This document shows positions 59,095-64,000 of a DNA stretch of 64,000 bases, piece by piece. Below the pieces are notes generated by a model that was not told the origin of the DNA, made no database searches, and was given only the letters and a program-made list of their open reading frames with translations. Made by a program: the position numbers and the translations under genes. Origin of the DNA: a virus. The stretch covers positions 102,533 to 166,532 of the IMG/VR virus record IMGVR_UViG_3300025168_000033; one strand, given 5' to 3'. Within the stretch, counting starts at the first letter, position 1; each line of letters opens with the position of its first letter.

Positions 59095-59700
59095 AAAAAA
59101 TAGGACCTAGCACTACTCGGTTCCTGATGTTAATGATCTGGTTTAGTCCCAGCTAGCACACGGATAGAAAAATCCTTCATTAACTTTGCCTTATCGATTT
59201 GATCTGTTCGATACCAGATTAAGATATAGTTGTTCTACTCTCCTATCCACCTGCAGCGCAAGCAGGATACAATATTTAAGTGTTACGTCGTCGATGCTGG
59301 CACATCCACTAGGCAACCCCTTTCGGGATACATAAAACATTTCTGCCTTATGATTAGGCACTTCCAACTAATACCATAAGTGTTTGATGATTAGAGAATC
59401 ATCTTGTCCAGTTCTGTTTTTAGTTTGAACCTAGCATTTTACGTCTTATTAGGATAATCACTCAAATTCCTAACTTTATAAACAACCACATATAGCTAGC
59501 AGGCTATACTCTTTATTTATAATACTGATGGTTTTAGATTCCTGCAAGAACTGTGTTCCATCCATCCTCGTGTTCAACTGCTCCCCTTACAAGAAAGGTA
59601 CTGATCGAACGATGTTTTGCATATTTCACATTATAGTGCGACATCTATAATTTATCCTCCCTGCAACTCGGGAGTAAGATTTTCAAGATTTTAATGAACG
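59095..59700 (-). ncRNA. Large structured RNA, ROOL-like
   Basis: ~600 nt with no ORF in the track, own promoter, terminal U-tract and more than ten visible helices; segments resemble ROOL consensus as recalled. Confidence 0.7.
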
Positions 59701-59708
59701 TTATAGTT

Positions 59709-59738
59709 ATTATATTCAACTTCGGGTCGAATGTTTCA
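59709..59738 (-). promoter_or_regulatory. Class II promoter (drives ROOL-like RNA)
   Basis: TGAAAC ATTCGACCCGAAGTT GAATATAAT. Confidence 0.75.
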
Positions 59739-59743
59739 TTTTG

Positions 59744-59817
59744 TCGGGTAGGCAGGATTCGAACTTACGATCTCCTCGTCCCAAACGAGGCGCGTTACCT
59801 GGCTACGCTACTACCCG
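59744..59817 (-). tRNA. tRNA-Pro (UGG)
   Basis: CGGGTAG/CTACCCG acceptor, CCTCG-TTTGGGA-CGAGG anticodon arm, TTCGAAT T-loop; T-stem has one A-C mismatch; CCA not encoded. Confidence 0.9.
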
Positions 59818-59831
59818 TATTAGTATTTTAA

Positions 59832-60019
59832 AACTCTCCAAGTCCCTTCAAGTAGGAATATCGGTTTAACAACTTCCCGTAGGTTAGGGAATACAGGAAT
59901 TTAACCTATACAATATCTAATTTCAAAGCTAACACTCTTGATAGTGTTGGTGATAGTTGGCGTTTCTTATTTCTAAGCGCTCACACTCATCACTTGCTTA
60001 TTCATTAGCTTGGAGAGTT
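59832..60019 (-). ncRNA. 188-nt structured RNA closed by an 11-bp terminal stem (6S-like or unknown)
   Basis: AACTCTCCAAG/CTTGGAGAGTT ends; internal CTTA-GAAA-TAAG, AACACT/AGTGTT and TTCCC/GGGAA hairpins. Confidence 0.6.
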
Positions 60020-60043
60020 CATTATGTTTTCGTTCGATGTTTT

Positions 60044-60100
60044 AAAAAGGATCGGCTAGGACACACTCCATGATTGCCGATCCTGTTAACACACATCTCA
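60044..60100 (-). ncRNA. Candidate small RNA 2 (paralogue of small RNA 1)
   Basis: ATGTGTGT, stem AGGATCGGC/GCCGATCCT, inner GGA-GTGTG-TCC, then TTTT. Confidence 0.7.
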
Positions 60101-60121
60101 TATTTTAAAGAACTATTGTCT

Positions 60122-60198
60122 TGGTGGTCTAAATGAGAATCGAACTCATTATCTTCAAGGCTATTCGCCAAGTGCTCTACCAATTGAGCTACAGACCC
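60122..60198 (-). tRNA. tRNA-like element with aberrant anticodon arm (identity undetermined)
   Basis: TAGCTCAATTGGTAGAGC D-arm, ATGAG-TTCGATT-CTCAT T-arm, GGTCTG/TAGACC acceptor and ACCA end; no canonical anticodon stem. Confidence 0.65.
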
Positions 60199-60219
60199 AT
60201 ATTGCTGTAGAATGGAGAA

Positions 60220-60453
60220 TTAAAAACCTAATCCTAAATCTATAGAATATGCTTTATTATAATCTCTTGTAACTTCTTTTCCGCTTTTATCAAATTCTAG
60301 TTTATCAATTACTGTTTTATTGTCAAGATCCATAAACAACATTGTAGTACCGTTATCGTGTTTTACAAGTTTAAGATCTTCTCCTGCTTTTTCGAATGAT
60401 TTAGTGTACTGTTCTAATTGTGTTAAATTCTTCATTTTGTTTGTTTTTTTCAT
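60220..60453 (-). CDS. Hypothetical early protein
   Basis: 77 aa ORF. Confidence 0.55.
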   Translation of the reverse strand: MKKTNKMKNLTQLEQYTKSFEKAGEDLKLVKHDNGTTMLFMDLDNKTVIDKLEFDKSGKEVTRDYNKAYSIDLGLGF

Positions 60454-60458
60454 GAGCT

Positions 60459-60776
60459 TTACTTAGCCATTTTTTTCATTTTCTTTTTAAAATCAGCCAT
60501 TTCTGATTTTGACCAGGACGAAGATCCGTTCATTGGATTATTAGGATTGTAAGTCGAGATCCGTACCTCTTCTTTTTGTTCTACCTTATGTTTCGTTCCA
60601 AAGAATCCGTAGATCGATTCGTTATAGGTTGATTTGTTCTTTGATCTTCGTGCAGTATACATTGCGTTATCAACAGCTCGATTTGCTTTGTCAGCGTTAG
60701 AACCTTTTGAGTTTTTGCATCTCATTGTACCTGTTTCGAAATTTGTTTCGTTTGATGATAGGAATGTGTCTTTCAT
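60459..60776 (-). CDS. Basic hypothetical early protein
   Basis: 105 aa ORF behind a class I promoter. Confidence 0.6.
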   Translation of the reverse strand: MKDTFLSSNETNFETGTMRCKNSKGSNADKANRAVDNAMYTARRSKNKSTYNESIYGFFGTKHKVEQKEEVRISTYNPNNPMNGSSSWSKSEMADFKKKMKKMAK

Positions 60777-60796
60777 GTGTGTTGTATTTAAGTTGT

Positions 60797-60870
60797 CAGT
60801 TATTAATTATTTATAGTATAAATATAATCAAAAAATTCGACAGTAAAAAATCCTGGTGAATCTTTTTTTC
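60797..60870 (-). promoter_or_regulatory. Class I promoter repeat, copy 4
   Basis: Same motif, upstream of ATG 60776. Confidence 0.8.
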
Positions 60871-60879
60871 ATTTATTTT

Positions 60880-61074
60880 TTAATCGTCATTTCGAGTTTC
60901 AAATCGAAGTTCCGTTTGGTAATCTTGAAATTGTTCTTCAAGAACCATGAGACCTCCATCATAAAGATCTCTTTGACGAGTACTTGTGCAAGTATCACGT
61001 AATTCACAGATTTGATTGATTCGATTTTGAATTTCAATCAATTTGATTTTGAGGTTTTGTGCGTGTGTTGTCAT
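60880..61074 (-). CDS. Small helical early protein
   Basis: 64 aa ORF behind a class I promoter. Confidence 0.6.
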   Translation of the reverse strand: MTTHAQNLKIKLIEIQNRINQICELRDTCTSTRQRDLYDGGLMVLEEQFQDYQTELRFETRNDD

Positions 61075-61096
61075 AGTTAGCGTATTTAAAGTATAT

Positions 61097-61170
61097 CAGT
61101 TATTAATTATTATAGTATAAATATAACCAAAATAATCGACAAATGAAACTTCCTGAGCACTTATTTTTTA
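61097..61170 (-). promoter_or_regulatory. Class I promoter repeat, copy 5 (variant upstream element)
   Basis: GGAAGTTTCATTTGTCGA variant, upstream of ATG 61074. Confidence 0.8.
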
Positions 61171-61221
61171 AACTTGTTAACAACGGTTTTTCGCAAATTG
61201 TTAACAACCCGTAAAGGCAAC

Positions 61222-61260
61222 AATCCCCAGGAGGTAACGTGCGTACCACTCTAGGGGATT
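61222..61260 (-). terminator. Hairpin / probable terminator
   Basis: AATCCCC...GGGGATT with inner GGTA/TACC, downstream of the 61286..61516 gene. Confidence 0.55.
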
Positions 61261-61285
61261 CGTAAACAATCTTATTAACAATCTA

Positions 61286-61516
61286 TTATTTCTCGTTGTT
61301 AACAAGTTTCGTGTAGCCAAATTGATTCTCATAGAAATCCGACTTATTTATAGTCGTGAAATATCCCGAGCCAGAGTACATGGACTTATTTGTCTCGACT
61401 AGCTCTACATCATAATATTCGGTTTTTTCGTCTACTATTCTATAAAGTTTTCGTACTTCTCCGAATCCAGAAATAGTGTATTCGTTATATCGGCCTGATT
61501 CTATATAGTTTGTCAT
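61286..61516 (-). CDS. Hypothetical early protein
   Basis: 76 aa ORF. Confidence 0.55.
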   Translation of the reverse strand: MTNYIESGRYNEYTISGFGEVRKLYRIVDEKTEYYDVELVETNKSMYSGSGYFTTINKSDFYENQFGYTKLVNNEK

Positions 61517-61519
61517 GGC

Positions 61520-61801
61520 TTATAGTTTTGCTGTTGCGTTTAATAGTTTTCCGTTCGGTCCTTTTGCATGTGGCATCGGACAATATTGAATTCTATCTTC
61601 AGCGACATCGCAATCTTTTCCTTCCCATACTCTTCGTGTCACCTCAACCAGAAAGTAAGGACCGATTTCTCTTACCGGATCGATATTCTCCTGTAGAACT
61701 CTTCCTTCAATGAAGCAGGCTTCTATTCCTTCGATAGCTTTATTGTATCTCGGGAAATCGAGACTTCTTACTCGATCTCCTATTTTTATGATATCTTTCA
61801 T
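61520..61801 (-). CDS. Hypothetical early protein (SH3-like start)
   Basis: IKIGDRVRS start; 93 aa. Confidence 0.55.
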   Translation of the reverse strand: MKDIIKIGDRVRSLDFPRYNKAIEGIEACFIEGRVLQENIDPVREIGPYFLVEVTRRVWEGKDCDVAEDRIQYCPMPHAKGPNGKLLNATAKL

Positions 61802-61811
61802 GATTATAGAT

Positions 61812-62033
61812 TTAATGAGTTAGAGTCATTACAACTTTGCTTTGCAGATCTTTAAGATTGACATGTTCCATTTCTGCATAATGATCGATTATATAATCGA
61901 GCTTGATAGCTTTTGTATCATCATCACCAAGAAGATAGATCATGTCGTTATCGGTTACCTGATCTTCAGTAATCTCTGGAAGATCGTTAGTAGTTAAATA
62001 TTCGTTTACGTGTTGTAGATTAATGAGAATCAT
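61812..62033 (-). CDS. Hypothetical early protein
   Basis: 73 aa ORF behind a class I promoter. Confidence 0.55.
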   Translation of the reverse strand: MILINLQHVNEYLTTNDLPEITEDQVTDNDMIYLLGDDDTKAIKLDYIIDHYAEMEHVNLKDLQSKVVMTLTH

Positions 62034-62057
62034 ATGCGTGTCGTATTTATGTGTTAT

Positions 62058-62130
62058 CAGTTATTAATTATTTATAGTTAAATATAATCAAAAGATTCGA
62101 CAGTAAAAAATCCTGCCGAATCTTTTTTTC
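62058..62130 (-). promoter_or_regulatory. Class I promoter repeat, copy 6
   Basis: Same motif, upstream of ATG 62033. Confidence 0.8.
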
Positions 62131-62132
62131 TA

Positions 62133-62495
62133 TTATTTTCTCTTCCAGTTACCGTGTTCATCGATAAGTTCTAGTTTATCAAGAGCAGCATAACCAGCTT
62201 CAGTGATTCGGAATGTTCCGTAATCATTTGGATCGTAGTTACGATTTCTTTTACGATTTCCGTTTTCATCAACAATAAATTTCTTGTTTCTTTCTGTTAC
62301 CTGAAGAAATTCTTTGTTAGCAAGAGATCCAATAACTCCAGATCGAGTCTTACCTTTTAAGATTGCGGGAAGTATATCGAGCAGAGAGAAATCCCATATG
62401 CAACTTTCTCTTCCATCGTAAAAATCACTGTACGTGATATATTCGAGAATGATTAATTCTTTTTCGGTTAATGTGTAATCAGTGGTGTTTTTCAT
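62133..62495 (-). CDS. Winged-helix-like protein
   Basis: LTEKELIILEYI...SGVIGSLANKEFL...FRITEAGYAAL. Confidence 0.6.
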   Translation of the reverse strand: MKNTTDYTLTEKELIILEYITYSDFYDGRESCIWDFSLLDILPAILKGKTRSGVIGSLANKEFLQVTERNKKFIVDENGNRKRNRNYDPNDYGTFRITEAGYAALDKLELIDEHGNWKRK

Positions 62496-62519
62496 GCGTA
62501 GTGTGTATTTAAGGGTTAT

Positions 62520-62592
62520 CAGTTATTAATTATTATAGTATAAATATAACACTTTTTTCCCACAGTTGAAACTTCCTGAGCACTTATTTTTT
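62520..62592 (-). promoter_or_regulatory. Class I promoter repeat, copy 7 (variant upstream element)
   Basis: GGAAGTTTCAACTGTGG variant, upstream of ATG 62495. Confidence 0.8.
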
Positions 62593-62619
62593 AAACTTGT
62601 TAACAGGGTTGTTAACAAT

Positions 62620-62754
62620 CTAGTCGATATCATAGACGAGAAATGACTCTGTAGCATTCGAGTTGTCAGGATTTTCTAGAAATCTTGATCGACTGCAGAA
62701 TCCTGCTGTTTCTAGAATCCATGAATGATATCTGTCGAATATGTCTTGTCTCAT
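62620..62754 (-). CDS. Small protein (44 aa), tandem paralogue
   Basis: Hand-translated MRQDIFDRYHSWILETAGFCSRSRFLENPDNSNATESFLVYDID. Confidence 0.6.
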   Translation of the reverse strand: MRQDIFDRYHSWILETAGFCSRSRFLENPDNSNATESFLVYDID

Positions 62755-62765
62755 GTCTTTCTATT

Positions 62766-62924
62766 TTATTCTATATCATAGACGAGAACCGTCTCTGCTA
62801 TTGGTAATCGTTGATCGGTGTTAGCAAAAAACTCTCCCCATGTATAGTTGGTTGTGATTCTTACTCGACGCTTGAATCCAATATTGGTATAGTTGCTATA
62901 GTTGCAGAATATGTCTTGTGTCAT
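62766..62924 (-). CDS. Small protein (52 aa), tandem paralogue
   Basis: Hand-translated MTQDIFCNYSNYTNIGFKRRVRITTNYTWGEFFANTDQRLPIAETVLVYDIE. Confidence 0.6.
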   Translation of the reverse strand: MTQDIFCNYSNYTNIGFKRRVRITTNYTWGEFFANTDQRLPIAETVLVYDIE

Positions 62925-62963
62925 GTCTTATATTATACTAACCTTTTCAATGCCTGTATAACT

Positions 62964-62993
62964 ATTATATTCATCATGCGAGACAATGTTTCA
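62964..62993 (-). promoter_or_regulatory. Class II promoter
   Basis: TGAAAC ATTGTCTCGCATGAT GAATATAAT. Confidence 0.75.
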
Positions 62994-63186
62994 TTTTGCG
63001 AAGCTTTTTATTTTCTGAAGACGCCTGCACGTAGCGTTTTAGGCTTTTTAAGGATACCGGACCTCATATCTATGGTTCCTATTATCTTTCGTTTATAGCT
63101 TCCTAGAAGTCCCTGATAATATCATAGCTATAATTCATGGGTCATATCTATAATACAACAATAAGGCTCGAGATAATTTCTTCGAT

Positions 63187-63510
63187 CTATAAATCATAGA
63201 CTATTGAACCTAAACGAGAACTATGCATGCTATTTCTATATATAGCAAACGTCGAATTAAACGACCTATCTCTTATATAACGATTATATTCATCAAACTC
63301 CGCCTTATCATGATTACTAAATGCAGGATGAAATCCTATACCTAGAATTCCGTCTATATTCTCATAGTCCCGAAGTGCTTTATAATATCTATTGCGGGAT
63401 AAATCTATCGAGGACTCATAGCTTATTCTACTAAATAAATTTTCTTCTATATAGATTTTCATATATTTCTGTTGGTTTTCCTGACTATTCTTCCTCTTCT
63501 CCTGGATCAA
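63187..63510 (-). CDS. Hypothetical protein (VYD-terminal family)
   Basis: Ends SIVYDL; true start may be the internal MKIYIEE. Confidence 0.5.
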   Translation of the reverse strand: MIQEKRKNSQENQQKYMKIYIEENLFSRISYESSIDLSRNRYYKALRDYENIDGILGIGFHPAFSNHDKAEFDEYNRYIRDRSFNSTFAIYRNSMHSSRLGSIVYDL

Positions 63511-63706
63511 ATATTCTTAATAATTCTTTATCTATGAATAAATCATTAGCTACATCGAATCGAGTATAAGACTTTGAATATATTCGCAATTCTTCTGTTA
63601 CAATATTACCATAAGCAAATTTGCCTAGATATCTTTCTATCCATTCCGTATCGCTTATAGGTATTCTTAATAATCCTATGCTTGATATTTCTATTCTATT
63701 GTTCAT
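63485..63706 (-). CDS. Hypothetical protein
   Basis: 73 aa ORF. Confidence 0.5.
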   Translation of the reverse strand: MNNRIEISSIGLLRIPISDTEWIERYLGKFAYGNIVTEELRIYSKSYTRFDVANDLFIDKELLRIFDPGEEEE

Positions 63707-63857
63707 CTTCTTTTTGGTTTAATATCTTATTTTTGATATCATTTAACTCAGATATAATTCTACGGTCACCCACCGATTCATTTATGGATTTCATTTCATC
63801 ACCAGTGTAATATTCAATGCGTTCATTAATCAATTCTATTATTTCTTCTTTACTCAT
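63696..63857 (-). CDS. Small hypothetical protein (53 aa)
   Basis: Hand-translated MSKEEIIELINERIEYYTGDEMKSINESVGDRRIISELNDIKNKILNQKEDEQ. Confidence 0.5.
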   Translation of the reverse strand: MSKEEIIELINERIEYYTGDEMKSINESVGDRRIISELNDIKNKILNQKEDEQ

Positions 63858-64000
63858 CTTCTTTTTGATTTAATCTAAGATCTACCCATTGGTCTCTTGT
63901 GTCTTCATACCTAACATACGGTCCTATATCTGTTTTAGTTACCCAAACCTTTCTTCTAGGTGTTTCTTTATTTGGAGAAAACATAACTTGATGAAATTGA

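Noticed and set aside
59095-59700. tmRNA, RNase P RNA or group I intron
   Set aside because: No tRNA-like ends or tag frame, no RNase P GAGGAAAGUCC motif, and no interrupted gene; it has its own promoter.
52067-62592. Class I repeats as a CRISPR array
   Set aside because: The repeats are ~60 bp, separated by whole genes at irregular distances, with no cas genes.
1052-63098. All plus-strand ORFs in the track
   Set aside because: Nearly all are antisense shadows of minus-strand genes with no recognisable motifs, and all promoters point to the minus strand.
1-64000. Stop-codon recoding
   Set aside because: Long genes are intact in the standard code, and TAA, TAG and TGA all end genes at tight junctions.

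Overview
AT-rich window from a large lytic myovirus-type (probably jumbo) phage. All credible genes are on the minus strand in the standard code, without Shine-Dalgarno motifs. A Bacteroidota host is inferred from A-rich SD-less starts, a TAnnTTTG-like promoter element, a BT4734-like domain and a flavobacterial-style Ig domain. Bases 1-42.8 kb hold virion genes: baseplate (gp6/gp25/gp5/gp27/gp53-like), neck, and collagen/BspA-type fibres. This block is interrupted by a RimK-protease fusion, an S1-like protein, a degenerate amidoligase and a PAS-only protein. Bases 42.8-50.7 kb are a predicted cytosine-hypermodification (probably arabinosylation-type) cluster plus two glycosyltransferases. Bases 50.7-56 kb encode ligase, exonuclease, guanylate kinase and related enzymes. 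Bases 56-64 kb hold small early-type genes around an RNA island: a ~600-nt ROOL-like RNA, tRNA-Pro, a 188-nt closed RNA, an aberrant tRNA-like element and two covarying small hairpin RNAs. Three repeated promoter classes are visible. The strongest novelty candidate is the pair of GUGUGU-carrying small RNAs, which are complementary to ACACAC/ACGCAC motifs at the starts of the genes behind the repeated early promoter. All family assignments come from motif recognition by eye; no searches were run.
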